Shown here: positions 43,583 through 52,826 of the stretch, piece after piece
How the letters are laid out: each line of letters opens with the position of its first letter
Position numbering within the stretch: position 1 is the first letter of the stretch
Assembly (NCBI RefSeq): GCF_004353825.1
Contig: NZ_SMNA01000013.1
Coordinates: 1 to 64,000, forward strand
Reading direction: 5' to 3'
Length of the DNA stretch: 64,000 bases
Source: Occultella glacieicola
GTDB lineage: Bacteria; Actinomycetota; Actinomycetes; Actinomycetales; Beutenbergiaceae
Translations under genes and position numbers: made by a program
Notes under the pieces: generated by a model
Seen by the model: only the letters and a program-made list of their open reading frames with translations
Database searches by the model: none
Told to the model about the DNA's origin: nothing

Positions 43583-45244
43583 ATGAGAACCCCGAGGTTC
43601 ATCCGACTGGCCGCCGTGCTGACGGCCGGTGCCCTGGCATTGTCGGCCTGTACCGGCGGCGACGGCGACGGTGACTCCGGCGCCGACGCCGGCGCCGTCC
43701 AGCCGCTCACGATCCACGCCAACACGGCGAACACCTACCAGCAGAACTTCAACCCGTTCTCCCCGACCGCGCTGCAGGGCACCAAGGGCATGCTCTACGA
43801 GCCGCTCATGGTCGCCACCGCGATGGTCCCCGGCGAGACCCAGCCCTGGCTCGCCGAGTCGATGGAGTTCAACGAGGACGGCACGGTCGTCACGTTCGTG
43901 CTCCAAGAGGGCGTCACCTGGTCCGACGGCGAGGCGTTCGACGCCGACGACGTCGCCTTCACCTTCAACCTGATGCGCGACAACCCGGCGGCGAACGCCG
44001 GGGCGCTCGACCTCGCCGACGCGGTCGCCGTGGACGCTCGCACCGTGGAGGTGACCTTCAACAGCGTCGCGTTCGCATTCCAGTCCTCCATCGCGAACAC
44101 CGTCATGGTCCCCGAGCACGTGTTCTCGGGTGTCGACCCGATCGAGTTCCAGAACGAGGAACCGGTGGCCACCGGGCCGTTCGTGCTCGAACAGTTCGGG
44201 CAGCAGCTCTACACACTGGGTGCGAACGAGGCCTACTGGAACGCCGACGAGGTCCAGGTCGAGCAGGTCCGGTACCCGGCGTCCACCGACCAGACGTTCA
44301 ACAGCTCACTGCAGGCCGGCGAGTTCGACTGGTCCGGCGGGTTCGTCGCCAACATCGACCAGATCTACATCTCGGGCGACCCGGACCACCGGTCCTACTG
44401 GTACCCCGGGGACGGGCTCGTCAACCTGCTCGTGAACACCCAGACCGCCCCGTTCGACGACGTCGAGGTTCGCCGGGCGCTCAGCGCCGGCATCGACCGC
44501 AACCAGCTGTCCGAGGTCGCCATGCAGGGGTACACCCCGCCGGCCCACCCCACCGGGCTGCCGTTGCCGGCCTACGAGTCGGTGATGAGCGAGGAGTACG
44601 CCGACGCGGAGTTCAGCTATGACGTCGACGAGGCGAACGCGATCCTCGACGAGGCCGGCTACCCGCTGGGCAGCGACGGGGTGCGCACCACCCCGGACGG
44701 TGAGCAGATGTCCTACGCGCTGCAGATCCCGTCGAGCTATGTGGACTGGGTGACGATAAGCGGACTGCTCCAGGAGCAACTGGCGCAGATCGGCGTGGTC
44801 GTCGAGCCCCAGGGGGTCTCGTTCGAGGCCTGGCTCGAGGCCCGCAACTCCGGCAACTACCAGATGACCATCGCCTCGGTGTCGATGGGGCTCACGCCGT
44901 ACACCCTGTTCCGTTCCATGATGAGCTCGGAGTACCGGACCGGTCCGGGCGAGACCGTCGTCTCGAACTACAACCGTTTCTACGACGAGGACGCGGACGC
45001 CCTGTTGGAGTCCTTCGCGAGCACGATCGACCCGGCGCAGCAGCAGGCGGCCTTCGACGGGCTCGAGCGGATCATGGTCGAGGAGCTCCCGGTGATCGCG
45101 ATGCTCCAGTCCCCGAACTGGTTCCAGTACAACACCGTGCGTTGGGAGGGCTTCCCGACCGAGGAGGACCCCTACGCCCTGGGTGCGCCGTACCAGTTCC
45201 CCGACAACCTGCTCGTGGTCACGAACCTGACGCCCGCAGGCTGA
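43583..45244 (+). CDS. Family-5 (peptide/oligosaccharide) ABC solute-binding lipoprotein
   Basis: Lipobox LSAC; NFNPF, LYEPL, WSDGEAFDADDVAFTF, ATGPF, VRRALSAGIDR. Confidence 0.9.
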   Translation: MRTPRFIRLAAVLTAGALALSACTGGDGDGDSGADAGAVQPLTIHANTANTYQQNFNPFSPTALQGTKGMLYEPLMVATAMVPGETQPWLAESMEFNEDGTVVTFVLQEGVTWSDGEAFDADDVAFTFNLMRDNPAANAGALDLADAVAVDARTVEVTFNSVAFAFQSSIANTVMVPEHVFSGVDPIEFQNEEPVATGPFVLEQFGQQLYTLGANEAYWNADEVQVEQVRYPASTDQTFNSSLQAGEFDWSGGFVANIDQIYISGDPDHRSYWYPGDGLVNLLVNTQTAPFDDVEVRRALSAGIDRNQLSEVAMQGYTPPAHPTGLPLPAYESVMSEEYADAEFSYDVDEANAILDEAGYPLGSDGVRTTPDGEQMSYALQIPSSYVDWVTISGLLQEQLAQIGVVVEPQGVSFEAWLEARNSGNYQMTIASVSMGLTPYTLFRSMMSSEYRTGPGETVVSNYNRFYDEDADALLESFASTIDPAQQQAAFDGLERIMVEELPVIAMLQSPNWFQYNTVRWEGFPTEEDPYALGAPYQFPDNLLVVTNLTPAG

Positions 45245-45250
45245 CCGCGC

Positions 45251-45287
45251 CGGGCACCGGGACGGGCGGCGCCCGCCCCGGTGCCCG
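45251..45287 (+). promoter_or_regulatory. Intercistronic stem-loop after the solute-binding protein gene
   Basis: CGGGCACCGGG-A-CGGGC-GGC-GCCCG-C-CCCGGTGCCCG. Confidence 0.65.
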
Positions 45288-45320
45288 CGTGGCCGCATCC
45301 GACCCGAGAGGTTGTCCCGC

Positions 45321-46298
45321 GTGAAGTACCTCCTGCGCAAGGTGATGTTGTACGTGTTCATCGCCTGGGCTGCGCTCACCATGAACTTCCTGATCCCACG
45401 GCTGATGCCGGGCGATCCCGTCGCGCTGCTCGTCGAACGGCTCCAGGGCCGGATCGACCCGGCCGCCATGGAGGCGATCGCGGAGAGCTACGGACTCACC
45501 GACGCGCCGTTGCTGCAGCAGTACCGGGACTATCTCGCGTCGCTCGCGGCGGGTGACCTGGGCCTCTCGATCGGCTTCTTCCCGGTCCCGGTCTCCGAGA
45601 TCGTGATGGGGGCGTTGCCGTGGACGATCGGCCTGGTCGGGATCACCACCGTGATCAGCTTCCTGGTCGGCACCGGCCTCGGTGTGGTGCTCGCCTGGCG
45701 CCGCGGCTCCTGGACCGACCACCTGCTGCCGGCCCTCACCTTCCTGAACGCCGTCCCGTACTTCTGGATGGCGCTCATCCTGGTCCTGGTCCTCTCGGTG
45801 AACCTGGGCTGGTTCCCCGTCTCGCAGGCCTACGAGCCCGGCCTGACACCGGGGTGGGACTGGGAGTTCATCTCCTCGGTGCTCTACCACGCCTTCCTGC
45901 CGGCGGTCACGATCATCCTGGCGTCCTTCGCCGGGTGGGTGCTGAGCATGCGGAACATGACGGTGACCGTCCTGGGTGAGGACTACGTGACGATGGCGGA
46001 GGCGAAGGGGCTGCCGAAGCGGATGGTGCTGGTCAACTACGCGGCCCGGAACGCGATCCTGCCCTCGGTGACCGGGTTCGCGCTGTCCCTCGGCGCCGTC
46101 GTCGGTGGATCCATGCTGACCGAGGTCATCTTCAACTACCCGGGGGTGGGGTACACCCTGTTCGAGGCGGTCCAGAACCAGGACTTCCCGCTGATGCAGG
46201 GACTCTTCCTGATCATCTCGCTGGCGGTGATCGTCGCGAACCTCGTGGCGGACGTCATCTACGTGTTCCTCGACCCCCGCACCCGCCAGGAAGGCTGA
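45321..46298 (+). CDS. DppB/OppB-type ABC permease
   Basis: LMPGDP, GDLGLS, EDYVTMAEAKGL, RNAILP, EVIFNYPGVG, DPR. Confidence 0.9.
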   Translation: MKYLLRKVMLYVFIAWAALTMNFLIPRLMPGDPVALLVERLQGRIDPAAMEAIAESYGLTDAPLLQQYRDYLASLAAGDLGLSIGFFPVPVSEIVMGALPWTIGLVGITTVISFLVGTGLGVVLAWRRGSWTDHLLPALTFLNAVPYFWMALILVLVLSVNLGWFPVSQAYEPGLTPGWDWEFISSVLYHAFLPAVTIILASFAGWVLSMRNMTVTVLGEDYVTMAEAKGLPKRMVLVNYAARNAILPSVTGFALSLGAVVGGSMLTEVIFNYPGVGYTLFEAVQNQDFPLMQGLFLIISLAVIVANLVADVIYVFLDPRTRQEG

Positions 46299-46300
46299 CC

Positions 46301-48190
46301 ATGAGACTCTCACGATTCCTGCCGACCTCCGGGAAGGTCCGCGCGGGGCTGATCATCGCCGTCTTCTTCGTGCTGCTGGCCGTCTTCGGGCCGCTCCTGA
46401 CGAGCTACTCGCCGCAGGCCAGCGGTACCGATCTGCTCCAGCCGCCGTCCGGCACGCACTGGCTCGGCACCACCCAGACCGGTCAGGACGTCTTCGCCCA
46501 GTTCGTGTACGGGGCCCGGATCTCGCTCGGGGTCGGCCTGGTCGCTGGGATCCTGTCGCAGATCGTCTCGGTCCTGGTCGGCGTGATCGGGGGCTACTTC
46601 CGCGGGCTCTCGGACGACCTGCTCTACATCCTGACGGCCGTGTTCCTGGTGGTTCCCGGGATGCCGCTGCTGATCGTGCTCACCGGCTACCTGCCCTCCC
46701 GGGGGATGGTCTCGGTCGCGTTCGTCATCGCGATCACGTCCTGGGCCGGTTCGGCCCGGGTGCTGCGGGCCCAGACCATGTCGCTGCGACGACGTGAGTT
46801 CGTCGAGGCGGCCCGCGCCACGGGCGAGTCGCGCACCCGGATCGTGTTCTCCGAGATCATGCCGAACGCGTTGCCGCTGATCGCCTCCGGATTCCTGTTC
46901 TCGGTGATCGGGGCGGTGCTGGCCGAGGCCGGGTTGTCCTTCCTCGGCCTCGGCTCGCTGACGACCACGAGCTGGGGCTCGATGCTCTACTTCGCCCAGA
47001 GCGCGCAGGCGTTCCTGTACGGCGCCTGGTGGTGGTTCGTGCCCCCGGGCCTGGCGATCGCCGTTCTCGGGGCCGGTCTGGCCCTGATCAACTTCGGGAT
47101 CGACGAGTACTCCAACCCGCGGCTGCGCACCGGTAGGAGCCGGGCCCGGGCCGTGCGGTCCCGTGGGCCGCACGCGGCCGCCCTCAGCACCGCCGGCGCC
47201 TCGGCCGCCGCCTCCGGTGCCGAGACGCCCGGCGTGGCGACGATCCTGCACGACGACGCCCCGGACGAGACGGTCGGGTCCGTGCCGGCCGGCGCCGCAC
47301 CGGCGCCACCCCAGATCCGAGAGCTCGACGTGCCCGGCAAGCCGATCATCGAGGTCCGTCACCTCAAGGTCGACTATCCGGGCGCGGACCAGGTGGTGCA
47401 CGCCGTCGACGACGTCTCGATCACCCTGCACCGCGGCGAGCTCCTCGGCCTCGCGGGGGAGTCCGGCAGCGGCAAGTCCACGCTCACGAACGCGATCACC
47501 CGGCTGCTCCGCAACCCGGCTCAGGTGACCGGGGGATCGATCACCTACCACCGGTCCGCGCGTGGGCGCCCGAGCGGGCCGACGACCGGCGGCTCGGAAG
47601 CCGAGGTCGAAGCCATCGACCTGCTCGGGCTCTCCACGGAGGAGCTACGCGCCTACCGCTGGGACGAGCTCGCCATCGTGTTCCAGAGTGCGATGAACGC
47701 GCTGAACGCCGTGACCAGTGTCGGGGCCCAGTTCGACGACGTGCTCCGCGTGCACCGGCCCACCATGCCCGCCCGCGAGCGGGAGGCGCTGGCCCGGACC
47801 ATGCTCGAGAAGGTCGGGATCGACCCCGGCCGGGTGTCGGCCTACCCGCACGAGCTCTCCGGCGGGATGAAGCAGCGGGTCGCCATCGCCATCGCCCTCG
47901 TGCTCGAGCCGGACGTGATCGTCATGGACGAGCCGACCACGGCGCTCGACCTGCTGATCCAGCGCGAGGTGCTCGACCAGGTCATGGCCCTGCGGGACGA
48001 GTACGGCTTCGCGATCATCTTCACCACGCACGACCTGTCCCTGCTGCTGGAGGTCTCGGACAGCATCGCCGTGATGCAGCGTGGCCGGCTGGTCGAGTAC
48101 GGTCCGGCGCTCGAGGTGTACGCCGAACCTCGCCACCCCTACACGCGGGCGCTGCTCGCCTCACTCGCAGACATGGGAGCACTGGTATGA
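46301..48190 (+). CDS. DppC-type permease fused to a DppD-type ATPase
   Basis: HWLGTTQTGQD, EFVEAARATG, LSFLGLG; ~70-aa linker; GESGSGKS, LSGGMKQR, MDEPTTALD, HPYT. Confidence 0.9.
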   Translation: MRLSRFLPTSGKVRAGLIIAVFFVLLAVFGPLLTSYSPQASGTDLLQPPSGTHWLGTTQTGQDVFAQFVYGARISLGVGLVAGILSQIVSVLVGVIGGYFRGLSDDLLYILTAVFLVVPGMPLLIVLTGYLPSRGMVSVAFVIAITSWAGSARVLRAQTMSLRRREFVEAARATGESRTRIVFSEIMPNALPLIASGFLFSVIGAVLAEAGLSFLGLGSLTTTSWGSMLYFAQSAQAFLYGAWWWFVPPGLAIAVLGAGLALINFGIDEYSNPRLRTGRSRARAVRSRGPHAAALSTAGASAAASGAETPGVATILHDDAPDETVGSVPAGAAPAPPQIRELDVPGKPIIEVRHLKVDYPGADQVVHAVDDVSITLHRGELLGLAGESGSGKSTLTNAITRLLRNPAQVTGGSITYHRSARGRPSGPTTGGSEAEVEAIDLLGLSTEELRAYRWDELAIVFQSAMNALNAVTSVGAQFDDVLRVHRPTMPAREREALARTMLEKVGIDPGRVSAYPHELSGGMKQRVAIAIALVLEPDVIVMDEPTTALDLLIQREVLDQVMALRDEYGFAIIFTTHDLSLLLEVSDSIAVMQRGRLVEYGPALEVYAEPRHPYTRALLASLADMGALV

Positions 48191-49038
48191 GTTCCGACGT
48201 GACGGATCCAGTCGGCCCCGGAAACGGGCGCGTGGTCCTCGAAGCCCGGAACCTGGTCAAGGACTTCCGCACGAACAAGCGGGCCGGGGTGTTCGGCCGG
48301 GAGTACTTCCGGGCCGTCGACGACGTCTCCCTGGAACTGCGTGCGGGCCAGGTGACCGCGCTCGTGGGCCAGAGCGGCTCCGGCAAGAGCACGGTCGGCC
48401 GCCTGCTCGCGCAACTGGTGCCGCTGACGTCCGGGGAGATCCTGCTGAACGGTGCGCCGGTGGCGGCCACGCGCGGGCGTGCCTTCATCCGCTACACCGG
48501 CACCGTGCAGATGACCCTGCAGGATCCGTTCGCCTCACTGAATCCCCTGCACCGGGTCAGTTACACACTGGGCCGGGCGCTGCGCATCCACGGCGGTCCG
48601 ATGAGTGCCGACGACGTGACCGAGCGCAGCCTCGCGCTGCTCCGGAAGGTGGAGCTGGGTCCGGCCGAGCTGTACCTGCACCGGTTCCCGCACGAACTCT
48701 CGGGCGGGGAACGGCAGCGGATCTCGTTCGCACGTGCGCTCGCCGCCGAACCGAAGGTGCTGCTCGCGGATGAACCGGTCTCGATGCTCGACGTGACGAT
48801 CCGCAAGGGGATGCTCGACCTCCTGGACCAGTTGCGCCGGACCGAGGAACTCGCCGTCCTGTACATCACCCACGACCTGGGTTCCGCCCGTGCCTACTCC
48901 GCCGAGACCCTGGTCATGTACCACGGCAAGGTCGTGGAGCGGGGGCCGAGCGACCAGGTGATCCACGACCCCGCCCACGAGTACACGCGGCGGTTGCTCG
49001 CCGCCGCGCCGAACCCCCGACGGCGTCTGGCCGGGTGA
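48187..49038 (+). CDS. DppF/OppF-type ABC ATPase
   Basis: GQSGSGKS, QDPFASLNP, LSGGERQR, ADEPVSMLD, ITHDL. Confidence 0.92.
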   Translation: MSSDVTDPVGPGNGRVVLEARNLVKDFRTNKRAGVFGREYFRAVDDVSLELRAGQVTALVGQSGSGKSTVGRLLAQLVPLTSGEILLNGAPVAATRGRAFIRYTGTVQMTLQDPFASLNPLHRVSYTLGRALRIHGGPMSADDVTERSLALLRKVELGPAELYLHRFPHELSGGERQRISFARALAAEPKVLLADEPVSMLDVTIRKGMLDLLDQLRRTEELAVLYITHDLGSARAYSAETLVMYHGKVVERGPSDQVIHDPAHEYTRRLLAAAPNPRRRLAG

Positions 49039-49055
49039 GGCCGCCGGTGGCGGTC

Positions 49056-50564
49056 TCACCACAGCAGGAGATCGGCCACGGCGGCCGCGCTCACCGCGCT
49101 CGAGCCGTACGTCGTGACCAGACGCGGCACGTCCACGTCGAGGTCGCCGGGCCAACCCACACGCACCACCACGGTGTCCCGGTGTCGGGCCATGACCTCG
49201 GCGAGCGCATCGCGCTCGGCCGCGGCGAGGTGCGGCTGGTCGACGACCAGCACGACCTCGCCGCTGCGCGGGCCGGGCAGCAGGTCGGCGATGTCGCCGG
49301 CGTCGAACCGGCGGTGGACGATCGGCGTGCGAGCGGCGAGCGCCACGCCGACCAGGTCCGCCTCACGCCCGGCCGCGCGATTGCGCAGCACCCGGGCGTC
49401 GATCACGGTGACCGGTTCGTCGCCGCGCAGACGGACGTCCCCGCGGACGTCGCAGGCACCGGCGGCCGCCCGCGTCGCAGCGGCGGTCGGGATGCGCGAC
49501 GCCGACCCATCGGGGACCCGGGCGCCGCGCTGGGCGGTGACCCAGGCGCGCAGGGACGCGATCCGCTCGACGGCTTCCTCGAGCCGCTCGGTCGGCAGCG
49601 TCCCGGAGCGGAGGGCGTCGACGACTGCGGTGTGCACCCGGACGTAGGCCGACTCGTCCGGGTGCGGGTCACCTGGCGTGCGGGGATCCGCCCCCTGGTT
49701 GCCGAGGCAGACGAGGTCCACGCCGGCGGCGAGGGCGGCGACGGCGCCCGGCCCGAGACCGAGGGTGCCCGCAATGGCCTCCATCTCCACGGCGTCGGAG
49801 ACGATCAGGCCGTCGAAGCCCATCCCGCGCAGGATCGACAGCGCCCGTGGGTTCACCGTCGCCGGTTCCGGACCGAGCACGGGCACGATGATGTGAGCCG
49901 TCAGCACGGCCCGGACCCCGGCCTCGATCGCGGCCCGGAACGGAGCGAGGTGGATCTGCTCGAGTTCCTCGGCGCTCACCTCCATCCGGCTCACGCCGAG
50001 GTGGGAGTCGGTGGTGGTATCGCCATGGCCGGGGAAGTGCTTCGCGCACGCCGCGGTGCCGGCGCGCTGCAGTCCTCGCACGTAGGCGGCCGTGTGCCGC
50101 GCCACCAGTCCGGGATCGGCCCCGAAGGAACGACTGCCGATCACCGGGTTCGCGGGGTTGTTGTTCACGTCGGCGACGGGGGCCAGGTCGAGGGCGATGC
50201 CGTGGCGGGCCAGTTCGCCGCCGATCTGCTCGGCAACGGCCTCCGTGTCCGACTCGACGTCGTGGCGGCCCAGCGCGGCGTGGCCAGGGCTCGGCGAGCC
50301 GTCCCGGGCGTGCAGGCGGGTCACCAGGCCACCCTCCTCGTCCACTCCGACGAGACCGTCCGTGGGACCCAGTTCGCCGACGAGACGTGCCACCTGGCCG
50401 GGGTCGTCGGGCTCGACGTTGTGGGCGAACAGCAGGGCGCCCGGCGTTCCGGCGGCGCGGGCCCGCAACAACCAGTCGGGTGCCCGGGTGCCCGCGAATC
50501 CCGGCCAGAGCACGGCGTGGGCGAGGGACTCGAGCGAGCGGTCGATGCCGCGGTGTTCCGCCAT
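49056..50564 (-). CDS. nagZ: GH3 beta-N-acetylglucosaminidase (NagZ type)
   Basis: VDEEGGLVTRL, LAPVADV, RSFG, KHFPGHGDTTTDSH (NagZ Asp-His dyad), VSDAVEM. No signal peptide; start 50564 or 50582. Confidence 0.9.
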   Translation of the reverse strand: MAEHRGIDRSLESLAHAVLWPGFAGTRAPDWLLRARAAGTPGALLFAHNVEPDDPGQVARLVGELGPTDGLVGVDEEGGLVTRLHARDGSPSPGHAALGRHDVESDTEAVAEQIGGELARHGIALDLAPVADVNNNPANPVIGSRSFGADPGLVARHTAAYVRGLQRAGTAACAKHFPGHGDTTTDSHLGVSRMEVSAEELEQIHLAPFRAAIEAGVRAVLTAHIIVPVLGPEPATVNPRALSILRGMGFDGLIVSDAVEMEAIAGTLGLGPGAVAALAAGVDLVCLGNQGADPRTPGDPHPDESAYVRVHTAVVDALRSGTLPTERLEEAVERIASLRAWVTAQRGARVPDGSASRIPTAAATRAAAGACDVRGDVRLRGDEPVTVIDARVLRNRAAGREADLVGVALAARTPIVHRRFDAGDIADLLPGPRSGEVVLVVDQPHLAAAERDALAEVMARHRDTVVVRVGWPGDLDVDVPRLVTTYGSSAVSAAAVADLLLW

Positions 50565-50679
50565 GACCTCATCGTGCGTCAATCATTGGCGGACAGCAAG
50601 GAATTCGCGTCAATAGTTTTCTCCGACGTGATGTTGCTGGTTTACTTGGCATGGTCGATTCAGGAAGGCGAGGTACGCG

Positions 50680-51606
50680 GTGGCTGAGTCCCAACCCGTC
50701 CCGGGCGACGGGACCGGCGCACTCGAGACCGAGCGGATCGACGCGAGGTATCGGCGACTGGACGTGGTCCCGACCCTGGACGCGCTCCGCGCGATGAACG
50801 AGGCGGAGGCCGGGGTGCCGGCGGCGGTGCGAGCCGTGCTGCCCCAGATTGCGAGGGTCGTCGACGCGGTCGCGGCCCGGATGGAGGCCGGAGGGCGGCT
50901 GATCTACCTCGGAGCCGGCACCTCGGGTCGGTTGGGGGTGGTGGACGCCTCGGAGTGTCCCCCGACGTTCCACACCGACCCGGACCAGGTCGTGGGGGTG
51001 ATCGCCGGAGGACGTGGTGCCATGTTCGAGTCCGTGGAGGGGGCTGAGGACTCCGCCGACCTAGGTGCCGCCGACATCGGCCGCCTCGGGGTCGCCGCCG
51101 TCGACACGGTCGTCGGGATCGCCGCGAGCGGCCGCACCCCGTTCGTGCTCGGCGGGATCCGGGCCGCGCGCGCCGCCGGTGCCCTGACCGTGGGCCTGGC
51201 CTGCAACACCGGCTCCGCGCTCGGGGCTGCCGTGGACCTGCCGATCGAGGTCGAGGTGGGGCCCGAGGTCATCGCCGGCTCGACCCGCCTGAAGGCCGGC
51301 TCCGCGACGAAGCAGGTGCTGAACATGATCTCGACCGGCGTGATGATCAGGCTCGGGAAGACCTACGGGAACCTGATGGTCGATCTGTCCGTCAGCAACG
51401 TCAAGCTTCGGGAGCGGGCCGAGCGCCTGGTCGCGACCATCACGGGTGCGGACCCCCAGGCCGCGGCACGGGCCCTGACGGAGTCCGGTCTTCGGGTCCC
51501 GGTGGCCGCGATCATGCTGGCCCGCGGGGTGGATCGGGACGCCGCCGAGCGGCTCCTCGCCGGGGCCGGTGGCCGGCTCGGCGGCGTTCTGGACGCTCAG
51601 GCCTGA
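50680..51606 (+). CDS. murQ: N-acetylmuramic acid 6-phosphate etherase
   Basis: GAGTSGRLGVVDASECPPTF, EGAED, GIAASGRTP, VGPEVIAGSTRLKAG, GNLMVD, NVKLRERA. Confidence 0.96.
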   Translation: MAESQPVPGDGTGALETERIDARYRRLDVVPTLDALRAMNEAEAGVPAAVRAVLPQIARVVDAVAARMEAGGRLIYLGAGTSGRLGVVDASECPPTFHTDPDQVVGVIAGGRGAMFESVEGAEDSADLGAADIGRLGVAAVDTVVGIAASGRTPFVLGGIRAARAAGALTVGLACNTGSALGAAVDLPIEVEVGPEVIAGSTRLKAGSATKQVLNMISTGVMIRLGKTYGNLMVDLSVSNVKLRERAERLVATITGADPQAAARALTESGLRVPVAAIMLARGVDRDAAERLLAGAGGRLGGVLDAQA

Positions 51607-52820
51607 GCGAGGTGGCGGCGGGCCAGGCCGGTCACGGCGCGTCGTAGCGGACCGGCGTCGAACGCGCTCCGGTCCGGCTGGACACGGTTGGTCAGCAGTA
51701 CCACCGTCAGGTCCGCCTCGGTGTCGATCACCAGCGAGGTGCCGGTGAACCCGGTGTGGCCGATCACCGCCGGATCTGCGGTACCCATGAACGTGGCGTC
51801 GCCGAGGCGCATGCCGAGCGCCTGCCCGTACCCCACCCGGTCCCGCTCGGCCGCGGGGAGGACGTCCCGGCGGAGCAGTGCCAGGGAGTCCTCGCGCAGC
51901 AGTCCCGGTCGGTCCGGACGCAGGGCGGCCGCGAACCGGATCAGATCCGGGGCGGTGCCGAACGCGCCGGCGTTCCCGGAGCCGCCAAGACTCCAGGCCG
52001 CCTCGTCGTGGACGACGCCCCGCACGAGCCCGCGGTCCGGGGCGGACTGGTACTCGGTCGGCACCACCGACTCGCCGGCACCGCTGGGGTCGTAGCCGGT
52101 GCTCGACATCGCCAGCGGCCCGGTGACGGTGTCCCGCAGGAGCGTGGGTAGGTCGCGCGCGGTCAGGTGTTCGAGCAGGAGACCGAGCACCATGAAGCCC
52201 ACGCACGAGTAGGCGTGGCTCGCACCCGGTTCGGACCGCAGCCCGGTGCCCAGCACCAGCCGGGCGCGGTCCTCCCGGGTGCCGGGGACCTCCCACAGCC
52301 GCAGCACCGGCGGCAGGCCGGAGGTGTGGGTGAGCAGGTGCCGGGCGGTCACCTGGTGGTGGGCGCGGTCGACGGCGAACTCGGGGAGGGCGTCGGTCAC
52401 CGGGCGGTCGAGGTCGAGGACGCCCGCGTCCACCTGGACCAGTGCGGTGACGGTGGTCAGGATCTTCGTCAGCGACGCGAGGTCGAACACCGGCGCCAAC
52501 GGCAGCGCGCGCCGGTCCGCGGCCGGGAGCAGGGCGCCGTCGGCCGCGAAGAGGGTGGCGTACCCGGCCTGCGCGCGGGCGACCACCCGCCCGCGGTGGG
52601 CGATCACGGCATCCGCTCCTGCGGTGCCGGGGACGGGGTCGCCGGCTCCGACCGGGGCCGGGCCGGAGGCGGCGCTACGGGTGCTCGCGTCGAGCAGGCC
52701 CTGCAGGGCGGCCGTCAGCTCCTGGTCGAGCCCGGTTCCGGCCGTGGACGTGGGCTCGTGGTCGTTCCGGCCGGTCACGGGTCTCGCCCCGGTGCCCTCG
52801 GTCGTCGGCTGGTCGGTCAT
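51597..52820 (-). CDS. Beta-lactamase-like serine hydrolase, AmiE-like (candidate MurNAc-L-Ala amidase/peptidase)
   Basis: FDLASLTK (SxxK), LLTHTSGL, YSCVGF, GVVHDEAA, GNAGAF, GHTGFTGTSL, LLTNRV. No signal peptide. Confidence 0.8.
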   Translation of the reverse strand: MTDQPTTEGTGARPVTGRNDHEPTSTAGTGLDQELTAALQGLLDASTRSAASGPAPVGAGDPVPGTAGADAVIAHRGRVVARAQAGYATLFAADGALLPAADRRALPLAPVFDLASLTKILTTVTALVQVDAGVLDLDRPVTDALPEFAVDRAHHQVTARHLLTHTSGLPPVLRLWEVPGTREDRARLVLGTGLRSEPGASHAYSCVGFMVLGLLLEHLTARDLPTLLRDTVTGPLAMSSTGYDPSGAGESVVPTEYQSAPDRGLVRGVVHDEAAWSLGGSGNAGAFGTAPDLIRFAAALRPDRPGLLREDSLALLRRDVLPAAERDRVGYGQALGMRLGDATFMGTADPAVIGHTGFTGTSLVIDTEADLTVVLLTNRVQPDRSAFDAGPLRRAVTGLARRHLAQA

Positions 52821-52826
52821 TCGTCG

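Noticed and set aside
46301..48190. Permease-ATPase fusion as a novelty
   Set aside because: DppC-DppD fusions are common in actinobacteria; the frame is continuous with an ordinary linker.
50583..50679. MurR operator in the AT-rich nagZ-murQ divergent region
   Set aside because: GCGTCAAT occurs twice (50576, 50607), but I found no convincing palindrome shared with the namZ promoter.
51597..52820. Antibiotic-resistance beta-lactamase
   Set aside because: No signal peptide, YSC instead of YxN, HTG triad, and mur-cluster context favour an AmiE-like amidase or esterase.
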